From NCBI RefSeq assembly GCF_009914755.1, contig NC_060936.1: a DNA stretch of 64,000 nucleotides; one strand, written 5' to 3'. Position numbers and translations under genes: made by a program. Shown one piece after another: positions 1 through 13,900 of the stretch; positions within the stretch are counted from its first letter, which is position 1, and every line of letters starts with the position of its first letter. The notes under the pieces are model-generated. The model saw only the letters and a program-made list of their open reading frames with translations, made no database searches and was not told the DNA's origin. The DNA comes from the human T2T-CHM13v2.0 reference genome, Homo sapiens.

Positions 1-486
1 TCTGTTGTCAGTACACTGACTTCACATTATGATCCTATTTTCTTCATATGGCCATTTAAATAAAACTGGCTTATCCAACATCACCTTCTTCAGAACAACA
101 AATTAATATCTGCCTCATACCAAACAGGGTAGCGAAACTTCCACCTACCATCTATTGTTTGATAAGGCAATGCCAATGTCAACCAAACCAATAATAATCC
201 TAAATGGCAGATGGAAATCCTTAACAAGGAATCCTGATACTCAATCTCTATGCACATCACTATATATCCTTAAGAAAAGGACTCCATGGTGTGCATACAA
301 AGATTTCCTCATCACAGGCTGAAAAGCAACCTAGAACAGGTATTCTGGAACCGAGCCCAGGGGAGGCGGATGCTTGGCCTAGCTCATCTAAAAAGTACCT
401 TCCAGTACTAAAATTCTAGGCTTTCCTGCTTCTATACAGTTGTTAAAATAAATGGCATACAGTTCCTCAGCAGTTGCTTCAAGCGC

Positions 487-654
487 TTTTTTTTCTTTTC
501 TCTTTGAGACAAGGTCTCACTCTGTCATTCAGGCTGGAGTGCAGTGGTGCGATCATAGCTCACTACAGCCTCAAACTCCTGGGTGCAAGTGATCCTCCCA
601 CCTCAGCCTCCAAGGAGCTAGGACTACAGGCACATGCACCACACTCAACTCTAT

Positions 655-697
<43 letters not shown>

Positions 698-826
698 TTT
701 TAAATTTTTGTAGAGTCTTGCTAAGTAGCCTTGGCTGGTCTTGAACTCCTGGCCTCAAGCAATTCTCCTGCCTTGGTCTCCCCAAGCGCTGGAACTAAAT
801 CTAGGTGACAGCCACTGTGCCTGGCC
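487..826 (-). mobile_element. AluJ-like with expanded (TTTA)n middle linker at about 652-700
   Basis: Antisense Alu arms; degenerate TSD tcaagc..tttt. Confidence 0.92.
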
Positions 827-1002
827 TCAAGCACATTTTTAGTCTAAGCCTCATGAAGTTTAAAAAAAAATCCCCACACATAGAGGCATGCTTTAATCGT
901 ATGTTCCAGGTTCTCTGCAATAAATAAACCAAATAAACCAAATTCTTTTCTATTTGTGACCCCAAAAAGTTTTTAAAATTCACTAGCAAACAGACTTTAA
1001 AT

Positions 1003-1550
<548 letters not shown>

Positions 1551-1579
1551 CTTTAAATCTTGATTAAATTCCCTAAATA

Positions 1580-1914
<335 letters not shown>

Positions 1915-2886
1915 TCAACTCATCATGAAGAGTTTAAGTATACACAAAAAACTACCAAATATTTATCTAGTAAAACAAAAACAACTACTCAAATATTTAT
2001 GGTGGCCCTACTATGCCTAAGAAGGTACTACTGAGATATAGGAATAATAAATATAGTCCAGGGCCCATTGCCTCAGAGAAGATAACACATATCCATTTAA
2101 CCAATATTCAACAAACATTTATTATGCAAACTGTGCTTATAAGAGTGGCTAATCCAGTGTACACTGCAGTCAAACTATGAAAAGATAGTCAAGCTTCTTA
2201 GCTTTTCCTATTACAAATGACAGGGATACCATGTCCTAAAACTCTGATATCATTTATCATTTCAAATAGTAAAAAAATAAATATTAACACCTGACTTTAC
2301 TTGTATAATTTGGCAACATTATACTGCATCTAAGAATTTCATATTCTTCATGGTATGGCTATAAATTTCAGTTTAAAACTTACAGAAATAACCAGACAGT
2401 TTTATAGTATCAGACTCTTCACATCATAATTTTTATCAGCTGCAACAAAAAGTAAAACAAAACTGTTTTACTGTTACTGTTATCCTTGCCAAATATAACC
2501 TCTGTAAAAAGTATGGTGAAATATGTTCATACATATAAACATGACTGCAGGCGACAGAGCAGTCTTTAACTTATAAGCAACCTAAAGGTCATCTTGTATT
2601 AACGACTCTGCTAAAGACATCTTGACAGCACGATATGCTAAAGATTTCTTTCCAGGCTTTCAAAGAACCTATCTGTAATATACCAAACTGTAATTTTTCT
2701 ACCTTACAAGAAGAACGGTTGGGTATTTACACTTTTTACAACATTCATCCTTATATTGTTCAAATATACAGTGAACATGTGCTAATTTCATAATTCTAAA
2801 AAAAGCTAATTTAAAAAACTACCCATAATATTATTGAGTAACATGTAATTATCATATATACTGTTAAAAGATGAGGTTTTTTTAAC

Positions 2887-3046
2887 AAAAAAATTAGCCG
2901 GGCTTGGTGGCGTGCACCTGTAATCCCAGCTACTTGGGAGGCTTAGGCAGGAGAATCACTTCTCCTGGCCCGGGAGGCAGGAGGTTGCAGTGAGCCAAAA
3001 TCATGCCACTGCACTCCAGCTTGGGCTACAGAGCAAGACCCCATCT

Positions 3047-3077
<31 letters not shown>
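2887..3077 (+). mobile_element. Alu right arm with about 31-nt poly(A)
   Basis: aattagccgggc...catctc followed by An. Confidence 0.92.
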
Positions 3078-3081
<4 letters not shown>

Positions 3082-3562
3082 GGGGCGGGAGTGGAGGGGG
3101 GCGGGGGTTCAAGCAGCTAGGACTGATTTGGTATTAAAGTCATTCATTTCCATTCATTCATGTATATAAACATACACATATATACAGACATTTATTTAGT
3201 TCTGAAGATTAATAAAATTCAAGTATTTCCTGAATTTCTCACTTAGTGTGCAAATAACTCAACCGTCTCCCCTACAATTATATTTTGCTTTTAAAAAAAG
3301 CCAATATTAAATACATTTTTGTGGAACTACACAAAGCCATATATTAAAATTATTTATAATTGTTGATGGTGAACCTTATAAATGGGATTATACTTCTCTC
3401 CTACAAAATGAGGAGTGCTACTGCAAGTGGCTCAAAAAGGAAAAAGAGAAAAATTAAGTTTGAAAAACTTTCATGTCAATGACAAAAGTGTTTTATATAG
3501 TAACCAGCTAAAGATAAAATCACTGAAAAAGTGATGTCAAGTTGACAATCCATACTAAAAAC

Positions 3563-3653
3563 TTCTTTGCTTGTTTTATTTCTATATCTATCTCCATATA
3601 TATGGAGATATCTATATATATATATATATACGGAGCTAGATATAGATATATAT
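3563..3653 (-). ncRNA. MIR620: miR-620 annotated hairpin (mature at 3578-3597)
   Basis: Reverse complement of 3578-3597 is AUGGAGAUAGAUAUAGAAAU, matching recalled miR-620; (TA)n centre and 3' end aaacaagcaaagaa also match the recalled precursor. Confidence 0.9.
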
Positions 3654-5769
3654 AGATATAAGTAGTTTATCTTGATTTTCTTATTTTGGGAAAGAGGAGC
3701 ATAAAAGAAAGGAGAAATTATTGGAATTTAGGTTACCTCCTAAGAAAGGAGGCTTTGCTTTAAGAAGATGGGGAATGTAATACTCTATTCGTCTAACCAA
3801 TCAATAACCACACTTTGAAATCTTTCACTTGTCTTCAACTAGCCATGTAGATCTGTTCCTCAGTATTGCCTTCGATCCACTCTTACCACTTTCTGTCACC
3901 TTACTAAAGCATGGCTCTGATCATGTTTTTAAACTCACTAAAAATAGTCTAATGATCTTATAACTGTACTATTTTTGTCCCACCTATTTGTTCAGTTTTC
4001 TCTGTATACTTCCTTCTATTTCCTACCCACTAACAACTCATTGTTTGAGATACTTTGATCACATCCGGTATTCATACCTTTGCTCATGCACCGTACCATG
4101 TGCCCAGAATAGGCTACCCTGCTCCCATCTCTGCTTATTACTATGTCATGTTTTCCATAAGACTTTCCTCATATCCCTCCAAGTAGACTAACTTCCCTCT
4201 TTCCTGACTTAAGGCATTCTTGATTATGTTTATATTCTAGAACTTCTCATATTTTGTCATGTATTATAGTTAGCTATATACAGTTAAGTCTTAGACCCCA
4301 CTAGATTAATTAAAGGCTGATCAGAAGGAATTGTCTAGAGCTCAGCTGTCATGACCTATTGTTAAATATATTCCCCCAACAACCCTAGAAAGGAATTCTG
4401 CATGGTTTAGATAATATGTTTGATTGATTAACCTCATCTTCCATCTGTGAAACATGCTTCCCGCATTTTTCTTTTTTAATTCTCATTTGACAAAGAAGGC
4501 TGGCTCTAAAAAGAACAGCTCAGGCTATGCCCAAAAAGTCAAATGATTACTAACAAGCAAGTTACTTAAAAAACAGTATCCGGTATTTGTGAAAGAAGAG
4601 TTTTACATTTCACCTAAATGCCAAATCTCCCAATAATATTAAATCAGACCTTAAAGGGTGGGTAACATTTAGAATAAGTAAACAGGGAGATTAAGGAAAG
4701 ACGCTGATACAGATGACCTAAGCAGAAGAAACAACATGAATAAAAACACAGAAAATAAGAGTTAGGCATTGAGAATGGTTTGGCTAGAGATGAGTAAGTG
4801 GACATTAAGTTCCTTTCATATGCCCCTATAGTGCCTGCAGCTTAGCTGGCAATAAAAAATGTTTAATAAATGAATGATAAAATAACATATTTTTAAAGGG
4901 CTGAGGAAGAAATGGAAGACAGAAAAAGAAAGGTGTGATATTTCTTTCACTTTGCCCTCTGATAGTTACATTTTTTTAATGTATCCATTTTTAATGAATG
5001 AATAAATTCATTTCTCTGGAAGTGGATCAAATACAAAATTAGACCCAAGTATACACATTTAATAAATGCACACATGGACAGATTTAGTTGTCAAAAGAAT
5101 GGCTCTAAATGCAAGAATCTCTGTAAAGACCTAATTGGAATCAGAGCTGACGCTGAGATCGCTGTGATACCAGCATGGCCCTAAGCCAAATCTCTTTTCT
5201 GGCTGACCATGCAGGCTGTGTCACTGGACATTAACTTCACACAACATGTAACAAACCACCAAGTGTCTAGTTCTCTTGTGTCCGCCTAAGGCCAGAGCCT
5301 ACCTTCCCTTACAGCAGTGCCAGCTTATCAACGTACTCAAATTTTATTACAACAAAGTCTTGGAAAGCAAATCCAAGAAGGCAAAAAATAAGTCATTTCT
5401 ACTCTTCTTGTTACATCTAGATCTTGTCATAATTTAGTAAACTAAACTTCTATAATCAATGAGGTGGGAAAGACTCAGTGCTCCAGGCTGGCATTCTAAA
5501 CCTCCTACAACCGGGTCTGAGCTTCCATTCTGCTCTCGTGTTCCACTACTCCTCCACTGCACCTCTGCCACTCAACTTCGCTAAGTGTTCCTATACAAGC
5601 TCCTCTGACACTTAGGATAACCTATGTTTCTCTGACCTCCCACAGAACTGAGGCACACCATTCTCACATCTGGCATTTCCTCATTCTTATTATTATCTGT
5701 TTGTACAGCTCTAAGCCAGAAAATAGTGAAAACTTATTTTTATTTATGGACAACCTAGAATTACGGAAA

Positions 5770-6000
5770 GATACAAGCTTTGAAAGTAGTTTAGTCTAGA
5801 TTTGAAACCCACATATGGTACTTCAGGGGTGTGTGGCCTTAGGTAGGTCGTTTAATTTTCTCAATCTAAGTTTCTTCTTTTGTAAATGCAACCTATAATA
5901 TATCGCTACCAGATGTTCTGAGAACTAGAGCTATGGTACGTAAAGCACCTAGCACTACACTAGGCCCACAGTAGGGACTCGTGTGGATGCCCCTACTACT
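5770..6000 (+). mobile_element. MIR
   Basis: Core gtgtggccttaggtagg...tttcttcttttgtaaatg...taaagcacctagcac. Confidence 0.7.
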
Positions 6001-9000
6001 GTTCAACTTTGTCTCTGACTCCAACCTACTCCCCAGAGGTCTATCACAACATCTTATTGTTAAAAAATGGGAAAACTTCAGAGGACCAGAAGATTAAGAG
6101 GGGGGAAATGAGAAAACTACAGAGAATAAACTAGTCCCATAAATTTCATCTTAACTAGGCTTTTAGCAAGCAAAATCTCTTGGGGGTGGGGAGGGGAGAT
6201 ATTTAGTTATGAATTTCTGTTATTGAAAATAAATGTGTATAAGAGGTCTTCATAAGGACGTCAATTTTCATATATAATTGGTTGAGATCAAAGACATCTT
6301 AAGTTACTATAGAAATGTCAGAACTGTTAAATGCTTTAAGTGAAAATGTTTCTTCACATCCTACCTTCAAATTGCCTCCTCAATGAAAAAGAAAATTATT
6401 TTAAAAGGTATCACGAAGAAACTCCATTAGCAAGGTGTTAGGACAGAGATTTAACAATAAACGCATACAATAAAACTCCTTTGTTACAGTGATTTTAGAA
6501 TAAAGCACAGTACAAACTATATTACATTTGGCCTTTAGAAAAATGCAGATGGGAAGGATCCTACACAGTGGTTGAAACTGAGCAATAAGAAGTCACATTA
6601 CAATGGACCTAAAGGCAGGAATAAATCTACAGCAAGTTTTGGAAAATCAAAATTAGCCATAATGTGCAAAAATAAAATGATGCCATCTGTCTATAGCGGC
6701 TATGGGAACCATACAGACTAATGAGTGCCTTATTTTTAACCTTCCTAAGGGTGAAAGTCACCAAGTGAAAGAACAAAGACAGAGGGGCAAAAGGTAAAGT
6801 AGGTCTTTTAGAAATACATTTCCTAAATCTAAGGACATTCAGAGACATCGACACTCAACTTCTACTCCCTATCCTTTCTCACCTTTATATTTCTGTATGT
6901 TTTCTCTGGTTTGTCCAAGATTCTCAAATACAAATTTCTGAATGCCAAATCCTACTTATCTGGACCCCTCAAATACAACCTCTTCCTTTTCCACTATACA
7001 TTCAATGAAAAGTGTTCCCTCTCCCTTCATAATCTCCTAAGCATTTTCACTGATCCTGTCTTTTAGTATTTGCAGGCTCTATCCTACATGGAAATATATT
7101 TGTTTCATACAGGTTCTCTCTCCCCTGCTGGATTATAAACTCCTTGTGGATAGGATCTCCGTATAAAGCCCCCAAAAGGCTGTGAAAAAGTAAATACTCA
7201 GTAAATGCCTGCCAAATCAAAGAGGAATAAAAAGTAGTTTTTGTAAAGTCTGAAATTATTTTCAGCATAATTTTATTATACCATAATTATATTACTGTTT
7301 CCATTTCTAAATAAACTTTAACAGCAGCCAATGGTTCATATCCTGCTAACAAGAGGTAATAAGATATTGTTTGTGGTTTTTTGCTTTGCTTGGACATACG
7401 TGATTAAAGCGTCAAGTTTTGTCTGCAGCTAAAGTTTCTTCAACTTCAAGAATGTGTCTACCATGCAAAGAATGCAAGCCACAGTCTGGTACATTTCATA
7501 TCATCCTTGGGGGATTTCCTACTCCCTTGCGGCTTGCCACCTTCCCTGCACTGTCAGAAGACCAGAGGGGCATAGAGGTAAAGATTTGGAATCACAGGAC
7601 TCAGTCTTTACAAAAACCCAATGGCGTGGGGGGGAAAGCAACCAAGGAGAGAAGGACTGTTCAACATTGGAAAACAAATTTAGGAGAAATAATTAAATGA
7701 AATGTGAGTATTGCAGTATGATTAATAAGAAAATGCCCTTATTTTTTAAAAATGCATGCTAAAATACGATAGGTTATGGTTTATGAGACTTGCTTTAAAA
7801 CTTTCAAGAAAAAGTAGACAAAGTAAATATTATAAAATATTAACTAGTATTAAATACAGGTGAAATGTAAACAGGAGTTCAGTATAATATTCTATCTAGA
7901 TTTTCATATATCTGACATTTTTCATAATAGAAGTTAAAAAGAGCAGGAAAAAAAAAAAATTCCGAGTCTGTGAGATCTGGAGTCCAGTCCCAGGTAGAAC
8001 ACGCCCAGGTAGGACATTTAAGAGCAGAGATAAGTTACTAAACCTCTCCGAGCCTTGTTCTGCATCCAATGACAGTAATGTGAGGCTCAGAATTCTCCAA
8101 TAATTAAATTAGTGTGTAACATAATTAGGGCAATGACATCACATGTAACTATACAATAAATGTTAGCTATTATTACTATCCACATTAGTGCTGGAAGGTG
8201 GAATGACCTGGTTAAAGAGTCTCTGTCACTATACACAGAACTTACTGAGGGGAGGGGAGTGTTTAACTGGAAGAAAAGATTGCTCACCTTTCTCAGTCTA
8301 TTTGCCAAGAGCTTATGGTGGCAGCTAAAAGCCAAAATGTGGAACAAAAGAAGGAAGCCAGAGTGCCACCTCCATTAGTTAGAGCAGGCAGAGAGCACAT
8401 TCTGATAGCTACCACAAGTCTCTATCCCACCACCACAAATAATTGCAGAGAAGGGAGCAGGAAGCAATCAATTTCTGTAATAGCAATAACCAGATATATG
8501 TCATTAACAACAAAAATCAGTTTTAACCACATACAATAAAGAATTAAAGTTAAGTGTTGTGCCCCCTTAAAGGCCAAAAGCAAGTTAAATTCACTCTCCT
8601 GGAAGAAATAATAGCAGTATTCCTATGGCAACTCCTCACAGGAAGTAAATGATTCCTTTTGAAAGACACAGACTAGACACAAATATATACACACTTGCTT
8701 CTATTTTAACCCATTCCCCCTTACTGCAGGAAATTTTGAAACCAAACAGAAAAATCTTTCTAACTTTAATATGCAAATAGTATATCTGGTTTAATGCTCC
8801 CTTTGTGCTGAGAATGTATTTTCCCATAAGCACACGGAAGGCTTATTGACACCATGGCCTCACAAGTTCTTCTCATCCCCAAACTGACAACATTCAGATA
8901 ACTCCTTCATTAAAAACAGAAATGGCCTTAATGCGTATACACAAATCAATGTCGGTGAAAGGAAAACTACTCAATAGTAGGTATAACAACAACAAAAATC

Positions 9001-9039
9001 ACAGCTGCCCGGAGCACTGCTCTTGTAGCAATAGCAGAA

Positions 9040-9310
9040 ATAGTGGTAACATTAACAACAGTTTATACTTACTGAATTTTCTATGAGTGAAATGCTGTGC
9101 TAACTGATTTCCATGTGTTAACTCATGTAATCCTCACACTCAATGAAGCATTGTGACTCTTAATTCCCCACTTTGCAAATGAAGAAAATGAAATGTGGTG
9201 GTTTGCCAAAACAAAGTCAAACAGCAAGTACCCAGGAGAAAGAGAGGATTTTAACCCATGCCTGACTCCAAAAGCCCGTCCTATTAATTACTGAACAACA
9301 CTGCTTCTCT
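9040..9310 (-). mobile_element. MIR
   Basis: ttaactcatgtaatcctcac...tttgcaaatgaagaaaatga...cctgactccaaaagccc. Confidence 0.7.
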
Positions 9311-9831
9311 TGAATGGATCCTCACTCACACCTGCAATAAGTCTGGAGTTGGAACTCTTGTTACCAAGAGCAATTAGTGGCACTAACAATGAAAACATAG
9401 ATTCAACTTCCCACCACCCAATAAATAATTAGGTTATTTCTAGTAAGCATACTTTTAAGAAAGGAAAACTCTACTTTTTTAAAGAAATAATTCCATGCAA
9501 ACGATTTGTTTTTCCCATGTTGTGAGATCAAACTCACCTTCTCCAGGAAACTCTCTGTTCAGAATGACATTCTCTGAGGGTTCCAGATAATTAAGTATTA
9601 CTTAAGAATGAAAAATTTGTGGCAGTAGTGCTTACGAGACACATTAGTAACTCAATAAAATGTCAAGTACCAACATAGCATAAAAGACACATATTCTTAA
9701 CTTTTACTTTTTAAAATCTATGAAAAGTTAGGTATTAAATCCAACCACAGAAAATAAGTATTGAATTTTTAAAGCAATATTTTTCGATAAAGATATTCTT
9801 TTTATTTAATTGTGTGTTGATGGTGGTGGTG

Positions 9832-10428
<597 letters not shown>

Positions 10429-11719
10429 GACGTTCTCTTTAATGTTCTGAATACTTCCAAATGCCAAATTTCTTTTAAATCAATTAAATGTAACGATGAA
10501 AGGTCAACAGTCTTGACAGAGCAAACATACCACAGTTCGGTCACACAATAGGTATTTCACGTTTTCTCATGAAAACGTTTACAACACCAAAATAATACCT
10601 TTTGATCCAAGCCTATTAGCGCTGTGGGCAGTGCTAGAGTTCATTTCACCGCTGAAGTTACATTTTGCCACACAGTCTTCAACAAAGAATGTATGGTTCA
10701 CACTTTTCTATAAACAAGATTTAAGGGGAAAAAAAAACCTTGAAACTGTTAATATATTAACTATTCTTTGCTGTTGTTATTCATAAAAATTGTGTCTGTT
10801 CTTCAAAACACAAAAAACTAAATATATTGATTCTAGGTCCCAAGCACTTATTCACTCTTCCATTTTAATAAAATAATCAGATACATAATTATAGGACCAG
10901 TATGTATTTTCATATTAGAAATAGTAAGGTGGAGGGTAGAAAATATCATTTCCATTATTGTGTATATAAATTTATACTCTATTTTTCTTACTCAACTCAA
11001 TAAGGGAAAAATTTCTGTGCAATTACTTTCACGTTTCTATAGACAATTCACTCTAGAATGGTTTTTCTTAAACCTCTCATTTTACTTCATGCTATTATCG
11101 TAAATAACTATCATTTTTATTTCTACAAAAACATGAAATTCTTTAAGCTTATAATAATTATTAGCAATATGTTAAGGTTCAAGTTCATCAGTTTTTTTTA
11201 TTTTTGCAGTAGTATAAATATCTTTCCAACCATATGATGAATGTCTCCAGCAAGTTATAACTTACAACTTTCCACTGAAGCATATATTATACATAAGATA
11301 TGAGTACATCCATTAGGATTCCATTTTTAACTCCAAATTAACAAATGAAGGAATACTGGATTGTAGGCAGCACAGTGTAAATGTAAAGTCTCCAATTACT
11401 TAAAAAAAAAAAAAAAAAAAAAACTTTTATAGTCCAAAATGAAGTTCAATACATCTGATGGGGAGGCAGGGGTGTTCATTTCAAAGTCTAGCATCAGTGG
11501 CAAGTTAAGGAAAAGATGTTGCACATTGCAGGCCAAGTTTCCAAGTACCAACCTCCTCCTTACCACAAGTATCAATGCATCAAAGGTATAAACTACTAAG
11601 CGAAGTTTTAAAAGAAAATGTTTAAGTTCAGAAGAGGTTTTATGTACCTTATTTTGTAAGAATATTTAAGCTCAGAGTTCTCAAAATGCAAATATATTTT
11701 ATCTGAAGTGTTCCCTCAA

Positions 11720-12085
11720 ATTAGAGGATATATAACTAACAAGTACGGACTTCTTATCAGCCCTCCCTCCTAAAGTAGGGGTGGCCATTATGCCTAAGTC
11801 ATAAAACTGCCGAGTAGAGCAAAATATCTCCCTTTGCCTTTTTCTGTGATGTGGACACACAATGTGGCTCCAAGGCTGGAGTACAAGACAGAAGCTGAAC
11901 ATTGAGGATGAAAGAGCAACTAGACAGAAGGAGCCCAGATTCTTGACACCATGATAAAACTACCGTAATAGTCCTAGGCTTTTGCTCTCAGGATATTGAG
12001 AGAGCAAGCGAGAGAGAAGGAGAGAAACTGGTATCCACTGCTGTTATTTTAGGACTTGTACTATAGCAGTCAAGCTGTATCCTAA
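11720..12085 (+). mobile_element. Old MaLR LTR remnant (MLT1-like)
   Basis: agacagaaggagccca...; 3' end tatagcagtcaagctgtatcctaa. Confidence 0.5.
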
Positions 12086-13739
12086 AAATCCAGATTGCAC
12101 AGCCTCAACACTTGCCACCAAAACATAAATCAAAAAACTTTTTCATCTTTGTCGTATTTCCCATACTTAAATGTTCTTCCCTTCATTAACCACCCTGTGC
12201 TATGCCTTTCATAATATTCACTATACTAGTATACTACACTAAGATTTACTTAATATACTTATACCCCAAGTATAGTTCACTATACTAGAATTTACTTGAT
12301 TTACTTAATATACTTATCTCCCAAAAAATAAACTGTCTGAGGACAGGGACCATGTCTATCTTCACAGCTGTATCCCCAGCACCAGCACAGTGCCTACTAT
12401 GTATCTGAAAAACAGAACAAATTACACGAATCCTTCAGCACTCCAGCCTTTGTTAATCTCCCTCTTCCCTAAACTCCTCAAGGATCTACACTTTATGCCA
12501 TATACAAGTCTATCAGTAGTATACTACTCCTTTCTTTGGCAACGGTTTTGTCTAAGTCTCCTCTTCTCAACATAACTGAACTACCTGAGTGCAAGAGCAC
12601 TATGCATCCTACTACCTCTCCGTTTTACAGAAAGCACACAAATATCTGTTGAATGGTGAAGTTGTTTCTCACAAAGGTGAATACACCAGCATTCTCCCAC
12701 AATATTCAGTCTTATAATGCAAACATTACGTTATTATGGTGCTTTTGTGGTCCCCACAAAGACAAACTTTTATTCTCTTCAAACTTCAAACTGTACTTCT
12801 GGAGAAAGGGGTGAAAATCCCAGTGTGTTTTAAAAGATATGCTATCAATACTGAGCCCTTAGTGCCCAAGCATAAAGTCAATGCGAGGCAAGTCCCTTGC
12901 ACCAGCAACAGTAGGAGCAAAGAGGCAATGATTACATATAAGATGGAGGTGAGACCTGGCAGGATCAGATTACTGGTTGCCACAGCCCGCTGGTATTTTC
13001 TGAATAGAAGACAGTCCGGAGTAAAAACAAAACAATTAAATTGGATACTGAAAGGTAAGCAGTAGATGAGGAGCTTAGGGATGCAAGCTGCAAGGATCCA
13101 GAACCCAAACAGGAAACAGATGAACGCAGGTCAGAGCAGAAATTCAAGGGGGAAAAAAAAAAAAAACCGAGAAACAGATTGTGGTCATCTCTTATTCTAC
13201 ATACTGCAAGACAAGGCAAGAGCTTATCTCAAAACCTAGGATGACTTCAACTGGGAATGAAGGGGAAGGTGAAGGGAAGAGGGGATGGGATATTTGAGGC
13301 ATTTGAAATCTACTTTGACATTATCAGTAATCAACTAATTATTAGAATTCTGGAAGAAGATCGGTTCTTCAGAATTAGTATTCAAAGAAAATATCCTATT
13401 TCAGAAATCCAACTATTTAAATTCAGAGCCAATCTCAGCGTGGTCCTATTTGCTGCTGGTGACAGTAGTGGAGTATATGTCTACGTCTGTAGAACTAATT
13501 GGCAAAGATAAGTCCGATTTGGTGATATTTAAACAATACATGGTATTAACTCTAAGAATCTGAAAAAGAAAAACAGAGTATATGATGCACTCCAGTGAGA
13601 TTATATTATAAAAGATTTAGTATCTGCAAATAAATCTACCAACAAAGTGACAGACAAAAATTAGGGATAAAATGAAATAAGGAAAAGAAGCGATGAGGAA
13701 TCAAAATTAATGCTCATGTGACTAGCATTGTGGTAATGT

Positions 13740-13900
13740 TGATAATTTTCAAATAGTGGAATTTACTACGTCACTTAATTTCTATATTATCTCATTTAAT
13801 TTCTATAACCTTACAAGATAGGTACAATTAATATCCCCCATTCTACAGATGACAGTAAAACACAGAAAGCTGAAGTAACCTCACGTGACTAGTGAGCAGT
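13740..13900 (-). mobile_element. MIR
   Basis: tattatctcatttaat...ccccattctacagatga...aagtaacc. Confidence 0.7.

Noticed and set aside
2533-2672. Cryptic exon (tttggtatattacag| ... TAT|gtatga)
   Set aside because: Weak tract and weak donor; indistinguishable from background
7400-7550. 151-nt cryptic exon (cttctgacag| ... CAC|gtatgt)
   Set aside because: Short pyrimidine tract and moderate donor; no further support
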